A DNA stretch of 64,000 bases from Thermoanaerobaculia bacterium (GTDB taxonomy: Bacteria; Acidobacteriota; Thermoanaerobaculia; Multivoradales; Multivoraceae): positions 384,001 to 448,000 of the forward strand of contig OY762911.1 in the NCBI GenBank assembly GCA_963666565.1, written 5' to 3'. Positions 40,216 to 52,935 of this stretch are shown piece by piece. Within the stretch, counting starts at the first letter, position 1; the number at the start of each line of letters is the position of its first letter. A model generated the notes under the pieces. That model was given only the letters and a program-made list of their open reading frames with translations. It was not told the origin of the DNA and did no database searches. Made by a program: the position numbers and the translations under genes.

Positions 40216-41337
40216 TCATGCCCTGAGTATCGCTCCCTTCCGTTCCAGTTCGAGGATGCCCGAGACGTCCAGGCCGAGTTCGGCGAGGACCTCCTCGGTG
40301 TGCTCGCCCATCCGCGGTTCGCGCCGGCGCAGCGTTCCCGGCGTGCGCTCCAGCCGCGGCGCCGGCGCGACGTGGATCTCGCCGTCCGGCCCCACGGGAA
40401 AGGCGCCGCGCTCCGCGTTGTGGGCGTGCCGGGGCGCCTCGTCGAGGTCGAGCACCGGCGACACGCAGGCGTCGAGTTCGGTGAACACGTCGGCCCACTC
40501 GTCCCGCGTGCGGGTCAGGAAGGCGCGGCGAAAGGCCTCGATGTGCTCCGGCCAGCGCTCCTCGTTCATCTGCTCGTCCGCCACGTCGACTCCGGTCCCC
40601 TCGCACAGCGCCGCGAAGAACCGCGGCTCGATGGCGCCGACCGAGACGTAGCCGCCGCACTTGCACTCGTAGCACCGGTAGAACGCGGCGCCGCCTCCCA
40701 GCAGGCCGACCCCCGGCGTCGAGCGGGCGCCCTTCTGGGCGAAGTGGACCGCCATCAGGGAGGCCGCCCCGTCGATCATCGCGGCGTCGATGTACTGGCC
40801 GCGGCCGGACCGCTCCCGCTCGAACAGGGCGCAGAGGATGCCGAAGGCCGCCATCAGCCCGCCGCCGCCGAAGTCGGCGACCAGGTTGAGCGGCGGCAGG
40901 GGAGGATCGCTGCCGTTGCCGATCTGCGACAGTACGCCGGCGAGGGCGATGTAGTTCACGTCGTGGCCGGCGGCCCGCGACATCGGCCCGGTCTGCCCGT
41001 AGCCGGTCAGGGAGCAGTAGACCAGGCGCTCGTTCAGCGAGGACAGCGCGGGGTAGTCGCAGCCGAGCCGCGCGCAGACGCCGGGCCGGTTGCCCTCGAG
41101 GAAGACGTCCGCGCTCCGGGCCAACTCGTGGAGGACCCGCTGGCCGCCGGCGGTCTTCAGGTTGAGCGCGATGCTGCGCTTGTTGCGCGAGAGCATGTCG
41201 CCCGAGCGGACCGGGCCGCCCACCGCGTTGTCGACCCGCAGGACGTCGGCGCCCATGTCGGCGAGCAGCATGGAGCAGTAGGGGCCCGGCGCCAGCCGCG
41301 ACAGGTCGAGAACCCGCAATCCGTCGAGCGCGCCCAC
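40216..41337 (-). CDS. CaiB/BaiF CoA-transferase family, alpha-methylacyl-CoA racemase-like
   Basis: LDGLRVLDLSRLAPGPYC..LADMGA, TGYGQTGP, AGHDVNY, ADFGGG and GAIEPRF; start re-picked at GTG 41337. Confidence 0.92.
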   Translation of the reverse strand: MGALDGLRVLDLSRLAPGPYCSMLLADMGADVLRVDNAVGGPVRSGDMLSRNKRSIALNLKTAGGQRVLHELARSADVFLEGNRPGVCARLGCDYPALSSLNERLVYCSLTGYGQTGPMSRAAGHDVNYIALAGVLSQIGNGSDPPLPPLNLVADFGGGGLMAAFGILCALFERERSGRGQYIDAAMIDGAASLMAVHFAQKGARSTPGVGLLGGGAAFYRCYECKCGGYVSVGAIEPRFFAALCEGTGVDVADEQMNEERWPEHIEAFRRAFLTRTRDEWADVFTELDACVSPVLDLDEAPRHAHNAERGAFPVGPDGEIHVAPAPRLERTPGTLRRREPRMGEHTEEVLAELGLDVSGILELERKGAILRA

Positions 41338-41498
41338 GGGGGCGGAGCCTACAGCAGCCGGCGGCGGCCCCGGCCGTCGCGGAAACGCGGCGCCGGCGGC
41401 GGCCGTCGCGCGAGGCATCCCAGCGGGAGGACGGCGGCCGCCCGCGGGATGACGGCGGCGCCGGCGGCCGCCGCGGGCCGCGTTGATACCCTGCCCAA

Positions 41499-42782
41499 AT
41501 GGAAGCGCCGGCCCCGGCCACCGTTCTGCCGCGCTCCAAGCATCCGATCGTCTCTCGCCGGCTCTCGGGCGGCGCCCGGAAGGTGCTGCGCCGGCTCGGC
41601 CAGAACGGCAGGAACGCCTGCCTCGTCGGCGGCAGCGTGCGCGACCTGATGCTGGGCAGGCGGCCGAAGGACTACGACATCGTCACCGACGCGCGGCCCG
41701 AGGAAGTGCGACGGCTGTTCAGGAACTCGCGGATCATCGGCCGCCGCTTCCGCCTCGTCCACGTCCTGTTCGCCGGCGAGGTGGTCGAGGTCTCGACCTT
41801 CCGGGGCGCGCCCGACCCGGACCGCCAGCGGCGATCCCCGGGCGAACTGCTCGTGACCAGCGACAACACCTACGGCACTCCCCGGCAGGACGCGTTCCGA
41901 CGCGACTTCACCGTCAACGCGCTGCTCTACCGCGCCTCGGACGGGGCGATCGTCGACTACGTCGGCGGCATCCGCGACCTGGAGCGCGGCTGCCTGCGGG
42001 TGATCGGCGATCCGAACGTGCGCTACCGCGAGGATCCGGTCCGCATGCTGCGGGCCTGCGAGTTCGCCGCCCGGCTGGACTTCGAGATCGAGGAGAAGAC
42101 GCTCGGCGCGGCCCTGGCGCACCGGCGCGACATGGAGAAGGCCTCCCCGCACCGGCTGATCGAGGAGCTGCTCCAACTGCTCGCGAGCGGCCGCGCCGCC
42201 GCGGCCTTCGACTGGATGGGACGCTGCGGACTGCTGCCGGTCATCCTTCCCGAGGTCGACGAAGTGCGGAGATCGCCGGGCGAAGCGAGCGGCTTCTCGG
42301 AACTGGCCCGTCTGCTCGACGAACGGGTGCGGAAAGGCCCGGGGGTCTCGCCCGCGGTGCTGCTCTCGTCCCTGCTGCTGCCGCGGATCGTGGTCGGCAG
42401 GGACCGCCTGGAGGCCGGCGGGGCCAGAGTGCATCGGCACCGCCTGCAGCGACTCGTCGACGACGTGGTGGCCGACTTCGGCGAGCGTTTCGCCCTCTCG
42501 GCGGCGCGCCGCATGAAGATGAAGCGGGCCATCGAGACGTTTCAGCGGCTGTGCGAAGCGCCGCGGAGTTCGAGGACGGTGCAGAGTCTCGTCCGGCGCG
42601 AGGCCTTCGGGCCGGCGCTGGAGCTCTTCGGCCTGCTGTCGGCCGCCACGGGGAGCGGGGTCGAGGCGCTGGAGGATTGGCGGCGGCACGCGGGGGCTGC
42701 GCCGCCGGGGGCGGCGGAAGGCGCCGCCGAGCCGCGGCGACGCCGGCGGCGACGGGGCCGGCGGCGACGGCGTCACCTGTAG
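41499..42782 (+). CDS. pcnB: Poly(A) polymerase I-like nucleotidyltransferase
   Basis: LVGGSVRD..PKDYDIVT, PAP signature IIGRRFRLVHV, RRDFTVNAL, EDPVRMLRA and an Arg-rich tail. Confidence 0.9.
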   Translation: MEAPAPATVLPRSKHPIVSRRLSGGARKVLRRLGQNGRNACLVGGSVRDLMLGRRPKDYDIVTDARPEEVRRLFRNSRIIGRRFRLVHVLFAGEVVEVSTFRGAPDPDRQRRSPGELLVTSDNTYGTPRQDAFRRDFTVNALLYRASDGAIVDYVGGIRDLERGCLRVIGDPNVRYREDPVRMLRACEFAARLDFEIEEKTLGAALAHRRDMEKASPHRLIEELLQLLASGRAAAAFDWMGRCGLLPVILPEVDEVRRSPGEASGFSELARLLDERVRKGPGVSPAVLLSSLLLPRIVVGRDRLEAGGARVHRHRLQRLVDDVVADFGERFALSAARRMKMKRAIETFQRLCEAPRSSRTVQSLVRREAFGPALELFGLLSAATGSGVEALEDWRRHAGAAPPGAAEGAAEPRRRRRRRGRRRRRHL

Positions 42783-42800
42783 GAGTCGGCGGGTGTACCT

Positions 42801-42925
42801 GGCCGCCTGCGGCGGCAGCGGGTCGGAAGACCCGCGCACCCGGCAGCGGGTCGGAAGACCCGCGCACCCGGCAGCGGGTCGGAAGACCCGCGCACCCGGC
42901 AGTGGGTCGGAAGACCCGCGTACCC
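42801..42925 (-). repeat. Four tandem 28-bp REP-like units between convergent genes
   Basis: GGCAGCGGGTCGGAAGACCCGCGCACCC four times, the last copy with two changes. Confidence 0.9.
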
Positions 42926-42950
42926 GGCGGGCGGCGGTTCGGCGCGGGCG

Positions 42951-44480
42951 TCAGCCGGTCAGGCGGAACCAGCGGGCGAAGATTCGCCGGGCCAGGGGCG
43001 TGAACCGGGTCGCGCGCCACCGGTTCGCGGCCTTCTTCAGCACCTCGGCTCGGGTGGGGTACGGCAGGATGGTGGAGGCGAACCGGGAGAGGCCGATCCG
43101 GTGGGTAACGGCCAGCGAGAGCGGCGCGACCAGATCGCCGGCGCCCTCGGCGACCGCGGTGGCGCCGAGAATCCGGTCGCTTCCCTTCCGCAACAGCACC
43201 CGGAGGAGACCCTCGTCCTCGCCGTCGAGCATGGCGCGGTGGTTCTCGCCGAGCGGCACGTCGATCGTGTCGACGGCGACGCCCCGCTCTTCCGCCTCGG
43301 CGCGGTCCAGGCCGACGTGCGCCACCTCCGGCGACGTGTAGGTACACCGCGGCACGACCAGACGGTCGGCCCGCGCCGTCGGCAGGAACAGGGCGTTCTG
43401 GATCACGACGCCGGCATGGGCGTCGGCCCGGTGGGTGAACCGGGGTCCGGGCGTCACGTCGCCGGCCGCGAAGATGCGGGGGTTCGTCGTCCGCAGCTTC
43501 GCGTCGACCTGGACGCCGGCGGCGCCGGACCGGACGCCGATCCCGGAGAGGCCCAGGCCCTCGACGTTCGGCGTCCTGCCGGCGGCGACCAGGAGTTCGT
43601 CGCAAAGCGTCTCGCGGCGCTCGCCGTCGGCGCCGACGTGGACCAGCCGGATGGCGCCGGCGTCCGGCGCCGCTTCCTCGATCCGGGCGCCGAGCGCCAG
43701 CTCGACGCCGTCGCGCCGGAGCGCCCGTTCGACCAGGGCGGCGGCGTCCGGATCCTCCCGCGGCAGGATCCGGGGCAGCGCCTCGACCGCCGTGACGCGG
43801 CTGCCGAGCCGGGCGAACGCCTGGGACAGCTCGCAACCGATCGGGCCGGCGCCGACGACGGCCAGCCGTTCGGGCCGGTCGGTCAGGGTGAACACGGTCT
43901 CGTTCGTCAGGTAGCCGCAACGCTCGAGACCCGGAATCGGGGGCGCCGCGGGACGAGCGCCGGTGGCGATCACGGCCCGGCGGAAGCGCAGCTCCCGGTC
44001 GCCGGCGGGGCCGGTCACGGAGACCGCGCGATCGGAGAGGAAACGCCCCTCCCCCAGGTAGACGTCGACGCCGGCGTCCCGGAACCGCTCGGCGCTGTCG
44101 TCCCCGCTTATCGCCGCGCGCACGCGGCGCATCCGCTCCATCGCGGCGCCGAAGTCGCCCGCGCGCTCGAAGGCGGGCGCGCCGAACGCGGCGCCGGCCC
44201 GCCCGGCGCTCCACCGCCGCGCGGCGGCGATGACCCCCTTGGACGGCACGCAGCCGAAGTTCAGGCAGTCGCCGCCCATCAGCCGGCGTTCGACCAGCGC
44301 CACCCGCGCGCCCAGGCCGGCCGCCACGATGGACGTGACGAGGCCGGCGCTGCCGGCGCCGATCACGACCAGGTGGTAGCGGGCGGACGGCTCGGGATTC
44401 GTCCAGTCCGCCGGCGCCACCCGGGCGGTCAGCGCCCGGTCGTGGCGATCTTCCGCCAGCATCTCCGGTCTAGCCGGCAT
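42951..44480 (-). CDS. FAD-dependent pyridine nucleotide-disulfide oxidoreductase (mercuric-reductase-like, not MerA)
   Basis: GAGSAG, GGDCLNFGCVPSK, GAGPIGCE, GRTPN and AAGDV; no C-terminal Cys-Cys. Confidence 0.88.
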   Translation of the reverse strand: MPARPEMLAEDRHDRALTARVAPADWTNPEPSARYHLVVIGAGSAGLVTSIVAAGLGARVALVERRLMGGDCLNFGCVPSKGVIAAARRWSAGRAGAAFGAPAFERAGDFGAAMERMRRVRAAISGDDSAERFRDAGVDVYLGEGRFLSDRAVSVTGPAGDRELRFRRAVIATGARPAAPPIPGLERCGYLTNETVFTLTDRPERLAVVGAGPIGCELSQAFARLGSRVTAVEALPRILPREDPDAAALVERALRRDGVELALGARIEEAAPDAGAIRLVHVGADGERRETLCDELLVAAGRTPNVEGLGLSGIGVRSGAAGVQVDAKLRTTNPRIFAAGDVTPGPRFTHRADAHAGVVIQNALFLPTARADRLVVPRCTYTSPEVAHVGLDRAEAEERGVAVDTIDVPLGENHRAMLDGEDEGLLRVLLRKGSDRILGATAVAEGAGDLVAPLSLAVTHRIGLSRFASTILPYPTRAEVLKKAANRWRATRFTPLARRIFARWFRLTG

Positions 44481-44522
44481 GGTTCACCGGGTTCCCCGCC
44501 GAGAGCCTCGAAGCGCCGCCGT

Positions 44523-45281
44523 TCATTCGCCGACCTCCTCCCTGAGCGCCCGCCGGGCGATCCTGACGATGATGGCGGTCGCCGCAACGGTGGCGATCAG
44601 CCCGAGGCCCAAGAGCGCATGGTCGCCCCAGCCCCGCTCCTCGCCGACGCCGGCCGCGATCTCGGCCACGTCGCCGATCACTCTGCCGGTGTAGACGTAG
44701 AGCAGCGTCGCGGGAAGCATGCCGACGAAGGCGCGGACGTAGTCGCGGAGCTTCACCTGCGTCAGTCCCAGAGCGTAGTTCAGCAGCACGAACGGAACGA
44801 CGGGCGTGAGACGCAGCAGCAGGACGATCCTGAACCCCTCGCGGCCCACCGCCCGGTCGATGGCGGCGAACCGCGGTTCCGCGGCGACGCGCTTCTCGAT
44901 CGCCCCGCGGACCAGGTACCTGGACGCCAGGAAGGCCGCCGTCGCCCCCAAGGAGGCGCCGGCGAACACGAACGCCGTGCCCTCGGCGAGACCGAAGATC
45001 GCGCCGCCGGCGAACGTGAGCAGCGAACCGGGAATGAAGGCGACGGTCGCCACGACGTAGCCGAGCACGAACACGACCGGTCCCCACACGCCGAGTCCGT
45101 CCACCCAGGCGGAGAACTCCGGCAGGTAGCCGGCGACGCGCCGGCCGAACAGCAGCAGCGCGGCGACCCCCAGGACGACGACCGCCGCCTGAACCGCAAG
45201 CCGCGCCTTCGAGGCCCTTGCCGGCCCGCCGCCGGCGACGCTGCCGTCGGGCGGGGCGACCCGACCCTCGGTTCCGCTCAT
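44523..45281 (-). CDS. TVP38/TMEM64 (DedA superfamily) membrane protein
   Basis: PGSLLT..GGAIFG, GATAAFL.SRY, LLRLTPVVPF..LNYALG and GMLPAT..YVY.G; start ATG 45281. Confidence 0.93.
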   Translation of the reverse strand: MSGTEGRVAPPDGSVAGGGPARASKARLAVQAAVVVLGVAALLLFGRRVAGYLPEFSAWVDGLGVWGPVVFVLGYVVATVAFIPGSLLTFAGGAIFGLAEGTAFVFAGASLGATAAFLASRYLVRGAIEKRVAAEPRFAAIDRAVGREGFRIVLLLRLTPVVPFVLLNYALGLTQVKLRDYVRAFVGMLPATLLYVYTGRVIGDVAEIAAGVGEERGWGDHALLGLGLIATVAATAIIVRIARRALREEVGE

Positions 45282-46618
45282 CGGGAGCTCCCTTCCCCGC
45301 ACTGGTGCTCGGCGCCCGCGAGATCGAACACGGTCTTGACCGGCGTGTACGTCTCGCCCGGGAGTTCGACGAACCGCGTCTCCCACCCCGCCATCGAGCC
45401 GTTCCACAGACCGGGACGCTCCAGCGCGAGGAGGGGCCTGCCGCCGTGGCTCTTGCGGACGAGGAAGCTGGCGGCGTGGTCGACGTAGTCCTCCAGCCGG
45501 TACGGTTCGCCCCCCGGCCGGAGCACCGCGCACACCATGAACACCGGGTTGAAGTGGGTGGACCGGGCCAGGATCGCCGCCTGCTCCGGATCGTCCAGGT
45601 CCATCTGGACCGTCTCCACGATCTGCAGGCTGGCCTCGCCCGCCTCGTCCCGCACCCGGAAGGGACCGCCGCCGGCCGTGCCCAGGGTCGGCACGACGCC
45701 GCAGACCCGGGACGGCCGGTCCGCCTCCCGGGCGAGTTCCCGGGCCATCCCGGCGAGGATCCGGAATGCCCTGACCGCCGGTCCCTGGAACGGTTCCGGC
45801 TGCACGTTGTCGATGTTCTTCATCGCGACGAGCCCGAAGCCGCGGTCGGCCAAGGCCTGGACGTTGCGAAGCAGCGCGCCGTGTCCGCCGGGACGGAACA
45901 GCAGGGGCGCCGCCGGGTCGTCCGCGAGCCGGAACGGCCGGCCCCGCTCGTCGAGGGCGATGCTGTCGGTGGCCGGCGACTGGTGGGAGAGCGCGACCTC
46001 GAAGCGGCATCCGCGGCGCCGCTCCAACGCCGGCTGCAGCTCCTCCAGCCGCGCCTCGAACGCCGGGCGGCGGCTCGAAGCGACCGAGAAGTGAACGGCC
46101 GTCGATCCGCCCTCGCCGAGGACGCCGGCCGCCTCGACCAGGTGCTCTTCGAGCGCCGTGCGCACCTCGCCGCCGGGATAGCGGTGGAACGGGATGAGGG
46201 CTTTCGGCGTGTCGCCGTAGCGTTCCAGGATCTCCGTCACGCCGGCGTCGAAGGGCAGATGCGGCCGCGCGCGCTCGAAGCGGCCGAGAACCGCCGCGGC
46301 CGCTTCGCCTCCGGCGGCGGCCGCCTCGAGCTCGGCGAAGAGCCGGGAGGCCGCCCCGGAAGCCGGCACGAACCGGACGAGGTCTCCGGACCGCGCCGCG
46401 GAGCGCCCGGCCTCGGCGAGCCGGTCCGCCTCCGGCCCGGCCGGCAGGGGATCGATGCCGTCCCCGAGCAGCGCCGGCCGTGCCAGCCTGGCCTTCGGCG
46501 GCGGGTCGCGCAGGATGGCGAGCTGCCGCCGGGCCTCCTCCACGCCGATGCCGTGCGCTTCGAGCCGGTCGCGGTCGGCCGCGCTCAGGCCGCCCTCGCC
46601 TGCGGTCGGCGGCCTCAT
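45278..46618 (-). CDS. DUF4301 family protein (UDPGP-like nucleotidyltransferase fold)
   Basis: FVPASGAASRLF, PKALIPFH.Y, EEHL.E, FRPGGHGAL, KNIDN, STHFNPV, ALE.PGLWNGSM and PVKTV.DL..EHQ. Confidence 0.85.
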   Translation of the reverse strand: MRPPTAGEGGLSAADRDRLEAHGIGVEEARRQLAILRDPPPKARLARPALLGDGIDPLPAGPEADRLAEAGRSAARSGDLVRFVPASGAASRLFAELEAAAAGGEAAAAVLGRFERARPHLPFDAGVTEILERYGDTPKALIPFHRYPGGEVRTALEEHLVEAAGVLGEGGSTAVHFSVASSRRPAFEARLEELQPALERRRGCRFEVALSHQSPATDSIALDERGRPFRLADDPAAPLLFRPGGHGALLRNVQALADRGFGLVAMKNIDNVQPEPFQGPAVRAFRILAGMARELAREADRPSRVCGVVPTLGTAGGGPFRVRDEAGEASLQIVETVQMDLDDPEQAAILARSTHFNPVFMVCAVLRPGGEPYRLEDYVDHAASFLVRKSHGGRPLLALERPGLWNGSMAGWETRFVELPGETYTPVKTVFDLAGAEHQCGEGSSR

Positions 46619-47187
46619 CCCTCGCGGCGGAACGCCGGCAACCGGTCGAGGCAGTCCGCGACCGTCGGCGCCACGCGATCCCGGTCGGAGAGCACGGGTT
46701 CGTCGACCGGCCAGTCGATGCCGATCCGCGGGTCGTTCCAGGCGATCGCGAGTTCGTCGTCGCCGTCGTAGTACGCGTCGCACTTGTACTGCACCTCGGC
46801 GGCGTCGCTGAGCACGCAGAAGCCGTGGGCGAATCCGCGCGGGACATAGAGCTGGCGGAAGTTCTCCTCCGAGAGCCGGCAGCCGGTCCACTCCAGGAAG
46901 GACGGCGAGCCCCGCCGCACGTCGACCGCCACGTCGAAGACCTCGCCGCGGGTCACGCGGACGAGCTTGGTCTGCTCCCGGCGGCACTGGATATGGAGCC
47001 CCCGGACCGTGTCGCGGCCCGATCGGGAGTGGTTGTCCTGGACCCAGGGCCGGCCCATGCCGCCTTCCGCGAACGTCGCCGCGTTGTAGCTCTCCAGAAA
47101 GAAGCCGCGGCCGTCGCGATGAACCACCGGCTCGACGACCAGGACCCCGGACAGCCCGGTGACCCGGACCCTGGGCGGCGCGCTCAC
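46615..47187 (-). CDS. rfbC: dTDP-4-dehydrorhamnose 3,5-epimerase
   Basis: D.RGFF.E, VQDNHS.S, RGLH, DVAVD.R.GSP and PRGFAHGF. Confidence 0.96.
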   Translation of the reverse strand: MSAPPRVRVTGLSGVLVVEPVVHRDGRGFFLESYNAATFAEGGMGRPWVQDNHSRSGRDTVRGLHIQCRREQTKLVRVTRGEVFDVAVDVRRGSPSFLEWTGCRLSEENFRQLYVPRGFAHGFCVLSDAAEVQYKCDAYYDGDDELAIAWNDPRIGIDWPVDEPVLSDRDRVAPTVADCLDRLPAFRREG

Positions 47188-48071
47188 CGGCCCTCCTCCA
47201 GCACCAGGTTCAGGTAGCGGCCGTACGCGTCGTTCGTCCCCGCCGCCAGCCGCCGAAGCTGCTCGGCGTCGATGTAGCCCATGCGGTAGGCGACCTCTTC
47301 CAGGCAGGCCACCTTCAGGCCCTGCCGCTCCTCGAGCGCCTGGATGAAGTTGCCGGCCTGCAGCAGCGCCTCGTGGGTTCCCGTGTCGAGCCAGGCGACG
47401 CCACGGCCAAGGAGCTCGACCCGCAACGTCCCCTCCTCCAGGTAGATCCGGTTGAGATCGGTGATCTCCAGTTCGCCGCGGGCCGACGGACGGAGCGTCC
47501 GCGCCAGCTCGACGACGCGGTCGTCGTAGAAGTAGAGGCCCGGCACCGCGTACGGCGACTTCGGCGCCGGCGGCTTCTCCTCCAGGCCGACCACCCTCCG
47601 CTCCTCGTCGAAGGCGACGACGCCGTAGCGCTCCGGATCCCGGACCCGGTAGCCGAAGATCGTCGCGCCGGGCGACGACAGGTGGCGCGCCGCGGCCCGT
47701 TGCAGGACATCCGCCAGCCCGTGGCCATGGAAGATGTTGTCGCCCAGGGCCAGCGCCGCCCGGCCGCCGCGCAGGTGTTCCGCCCCGATCAGGAACGCCT
47801 GGGCGATGCCCTCCGGCGCCTCCTGGACGGCGTAGGAGAGGGAGATGCCGAGGTCACCGCCGTCGCCGAGCAGGCGCCGGAACGCGGCCTGGTCGTGCGG
47901 CGTCGTGACGATGAGGATCTCCCGCACCCCCGCGATCATCAGGCTGGACAGCGGGTAGTGGATCATCGGCTGGTCGTAGACGGGCAGCAACTGCTTGCTG
48001 ACCGCCCGCGTCACCGGGTGCAGCCGGGTGCCGGCCCCGCCCGCGAGCAGGATGCCGCGAAGCGGAGTCAT
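47184..48071 (-). CDS. rfbA: Glucose-1-phosphate thymidylyltransferase
   Basis: [41 protein letters not shown] and WLDTGT. Confidence 0.97.
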   Translation of the reverse strand: MTPLRGILLAGGAGTRLHPVTRAVSKQLLPVYDQPMIHYPLSSLMIAGVREILIVTTPHDQAAFRRLLGDGGDLGISLSYAVQEAPEGIAQAFLIGAEHLRGGRAALALGDNIFHGHGLADVLQRAAARHLSSPGATIFGYRVRDPERYGVVAFDEERRVVGLEEKPPAPKSPYAVPGLYFYDDRVVELARTLRPSARGELEITDLNRIYLEEGTLRVELLGRGVAWLDTGTHEALLQAGNFIQALEERQGLKVACLEEVAYRMGYIDAEQLRRLAAGTNDAYGRYLNLVLEEGR

Positions 48072-49183
48072 GTCGCCGCCGTCAGCCGCGGCCGGACGCC
48101 TCGCCGCCGCCGCTCGGCGCCGCCCGCGACCGCCTCGCACCATTCGCTGTGGCCGAGATACCAGCGCACCGTCTCGCGCAGGCCCGACTCGAACTCGCGC
48201 CGCGGCGCCCAGTCGAGCTCCGCCCGCGCCCTGGCGGCGTCGATCGCGTAGCGCAGGTCGTGGCCCGGCCGGTCTTCGACGAAGGTCACGAGTTCCCGGT
48301 AGCTTCCCAGCCCCTTCGCCGCCAGCGCGGGGTTCTCCGCGGCCGGGAACTCCTCCTCGAGCGCGGAACAGACCGCCTCGACGACCTCCAGATTCGTTCG
48401 TTCGGCGTCGCCGCCGAGGTTGTAGCTCTCGCCCGGCCGTCCCGAGCGGAGCACCCGGAGCAGTCCTTCGCAGTGGTCGTCCACGTGCAGCCAGTCGCGG
48501 ACGTTGGCGCCCTCGCCGTACACCGGCAGCGGCCGCCCGGCGGCGGCGTTCAGGATCATCACCGGGATCAGCTTCTCGGGGAACTGGTAGGGACCGTAGT
48601 TGTTCGAGCAGTTCGTCACGATCGCCGGCAGGCCGTAGGTGCGGCCCCAGGCCCGCACCAGGTGATCCGCGGCGGCCTTGGAGGCCGAGTAGGGCGAACT
48701 CGGGTCGTACGGCGTGTCCTCCCGGAACCGTCCGTCGTCGCCGAGGCTTCCGAACACCTCGTCGGTCGAGACGTGGATGAACCGGAAGCCGGCGCGCTCC
48801 CGCTCCGGCCGCCGGCCGAGGTCGACGCGGGCCGCCTCGAGCAGCTCGAAGGCGCCGAGGACGTTCGTCCGGACGAAGGCGCCGGGACCGTCGATCGAGC
48901 GGTCCACGTGGCTCTCGGCCGCGAAGTTGAGGACCGCCGTCGGCCGGTGCTCGGCGAACGCCCGCCGCACCGCCTCGCGGTCGGCGATGTCCCCGAGCGC
49001 GAAGGCGTAGCGGGGATCGTCCGCCACCCGCTCCAGGTTGCGCGGGCTGCCGGCGTAGGTCAGCTTGTCGAACACGACGACCCGGCGGTCCGGACCGCGA
49101 GCGTCGGCCAACGCCGCGGCGGCGAAGTTGCTGCCGATGAAACCGGCGCCGCCGGTAACGAGGAGGGTCTCGGTCGCAGCCAA
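48068..49183 (-). CDS. rfbB: dTDP-glucose 4,6-dehydratase
   Basis: [41 protein letters not shown] and [10 protein letters not shown]. Confidence 0.97.
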   Translation of the reverse strand: MAATETLLVTGGAGFIGSNFAAAALADARGPDRRVVVFDKLTYAGSPRNLERVADDPRYAFALGDIADREAVRRAFAEHRPTAVLNFAAESHVDRSIDGPGAFVRTNVLGAFELLEAARVDLGRRPERERAGFRFIHVSTDEVFGSLGDDGRFREDTPYDPSSPYSASKAAADHLVRAWGRTYGLPAIVTNCSNNYGPYQFPEKLIPVMILNAAAGRPLPVYGEGANVRDWLHVDDHCEGLLRVLRSGRPGESYNLGGDAERTNLEVVEAVCSALEEEFPAAENPALAAKGLGSYRELVTFVEDRPGHDLRYAIDAARARAELDWAPRREFESGLRETVRWYLGHSEWCEAVAGGAERRRRGVRPRLTAAT

Positions 49184-49202
49184 TGGAAACGTCCGGCCCC
49201 GG

Positions 49203-50204
49203 TCACCAGGCGGCCGGAGCTTCCGGCAGGACGGCCGCCGCGGCCTCCAGCACCTTGCCGTGCAGGAGGCCGTTGGTGGCCACGACCCCGCGATTCCGGT
49301 CCAGGGTCCGGCCCAGGCGGAAGTCGAGCTCCCGGCCGTGGGCGTCGGTCACGGCGCCGCCGGCTTCCGTCACGACGATGGACCCCGCGGCGTGATCCCA
49401 GATCTTCTCGCGGTAGGCCGCGGCCGAGGGCAGGCGGAGGTAGATCGAGGCGTCGCCCCGGGCGATCGCCGCGTACTTGCACTGGCTGTCCATCCGCACC
49501 GGCGCGGCCGTCACCCCGAGCCGCTCGGCCATCCCGGCGTGTCCGCCCCGGTCCGAGTGCATCGACTCCGCCGACTCGCAGAAGACGGCCTCCGACGGGT
49601 CCGCCACCGGCGAAACGCCGATGCGGCGGGGCGCCGGCCCCTCCTCGTCGAGCGGCGCCTCCCAGGCGCCCCGCCCGCGGACGGCGACGAACAGGCAGCC
49701 GCGGCCGTCCGCCGTGGGCAGGTTCGGGCAGCCGAGCACGCCGCCGACGATCTCGCCGTCCTCCATCAGACCCAGCGCGGTCGCGTACTGAGCGCCGCGC
49801 AGGAACCCCTTCGTGCCGTCGATGGGATCGAGCACCCAGAACCTGCCCTTCGCGCCGCCGCCGCTCGAACAGCGATCGATCGCGTCGCGGACCTCGCCCA
49901 GGGCGGCGCCGGGTCGTTCGGACCGGACCGCGTCCGCGGCCCTGGCCAGGACCTCCAGGCCCTCCGGAGTCGTCAGGTTCGCCGCCGTCTCCTCGCCGAC
50001 GATGGCGTCCTCCGGCGGCAGCGTCAGGCTGACCAGGGCCTGCGCCGCGTAGTCCGCCACCGTCACCGGCGAGCGGTCGTCCTTGGTCAGGAAGGCGCCG
50101 CCGATGTCCGCCTGCAGACGCCGGGTCACCCGGCTGGCGACGCGCACGGCGCAAACCGCCGCCGCCAGTTCTCCGTAGTTCCCCATATCGAGCGAGTCGC
50201 CCAT
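49203..50204 (-). CDS. 3'(2'),5'-bisphosphate nucleotidase, HAL2-type
   Basis: [40 protein letters not shown] and EKIWDHAAG. Confidence 0.92.
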   Translation of the reverse strand: MGDSLDMGNYGELAAAVCAVRVASRVTRRLQADIGGAFLTKDDRSPVTVADYAAQALVSLTLPPEDAIVGEETAANLTTPEGLEVLARAADAVRSERPGAALGEVRDAIDRCSSGGGAKGRFWVLDPIDGTKGFLRGAQYATALGLMEDGEIVGGVLGCPNLPTADGRGCLFVAVRGRGAWEAPLDEEGPAPRRIGVSPVADPSEAVFCESAESMHSDRGGHAGMAERLGVTAAPVRMDSQCKYAAIARGDASIYLRLPSAAAYREKIWDHAAGSIVVTEAGGAVTDAHGRELDFRLGRTLDRNRGVVATNGLLHGKVLEAAAAVLPEAPAAW

Positions 50205-50213
50205 GCCGCGGCA

Positions 50214-50834
50214 ATGATACGGGTTGCCTCGCCTCGTGCCACACTGAAACCGGTGCCCCACGGACCACAGGACGAGGCCGCCCTCGTGGCGGAAGCGATC
50301 GCGGGTTCGGAACTCGCCTTCCGGACGCTGGTCGAGCGCTACCAGCGGCCCGTCTTCAGCCTGATCCTGCGCATGGTCAGAGACCACGGCATCGCCGAGG
50401 ACGTCACCCAGGAGGTCTTCGTCAAGGCCTGGCTGGCGCTTGCGCGCTACGACCCGAGACGGCGTTTCGCCAGTTGGCTGTTCAAGATCGCCAGCAACGC
50501 GGCGATCGACCACCTGCGGCGCAAGAAGCTCCCCACGACGCCGATCGAGAGCGGCGACCCGGACCGGTCGTCCATCCTGGAACGGATCGAGGACGAACGC
50601 TCGGAGTCTCCGGACACCCTGGTCAAGCGACGCGAGCTGTCGGCCGCCCTCGAGGCGGCGGTGGCCGCGCTCCGGCCGGAGTACCGGCTGGTCGTTCTGC
50701 TCCGGTTCCGGGAAGAACTCCCCTACCGGGACATCGCGGAAGTCGCCGGCATGCCGCTCGGAACCGTCAAGACGAACCTGCGCCGGGCGCGCCGCGAGAT
50801 CGAAGAGCGCCTGCGCAACGAGGGCGTGGTGTGA
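50214..50834 (+). CDS. ECF RNA polymerase sigma factor (SigW-like)
   Basis: AFRTLVERYQ, AEDVTQEVF.KAW, SWLFKIASN..IDHLR and Y.DIAE..GMPLGTVKT.L.RAR; start may be GTG 50253. Confidence 0.92.
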   Translation: MIRVASPRATLKPVPHGPQDEAALVAEAIAGSELAFRTLVERYQRPVFSLILRMVRDHGIAEDVTQEVFVKAWLALARYDPRRRFASWLFKIASNAAIDHLRRKKLPTTPIESGDPDRSSILERIEDERSESPDTLVKRRELSAALEAAVAALRPEYRLVVLLRFREELPYRDIAEVAGMPLGTVKTNLRRARREIEERLRNEGVV

Positions 50835-50925
50835 AACCGGGAACGTTCTCCGACCGTAGGGCGAAGGGCATGGGCAACGTCGCGTCAGGCTCGTCGTACA
50901 ATCGCACACGCCGCGAGGAGTGAAC

Positions 50926-52887
<1,962 letters not shown>

Positions 52888-52935
52888 GACGGCTGCCGCG
52901 GGAAGCAAGGCCCGCGCGCGTAGTAGTCTCCCTCC

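Noticed and set aside
42801-42925. Tandem 28-36 bp repeats (also 7487 and 39527) as a CRISPR array
   Set aside because: Units abut with no unique spacers, no cas genes are nearby, and the same motif is dispersed as REP-like copies.
42951-44480. Mercury resistance gene merA
   Set aside because: No C-terminal Cys-Cys pair, no NmerA domain and no mer operon.
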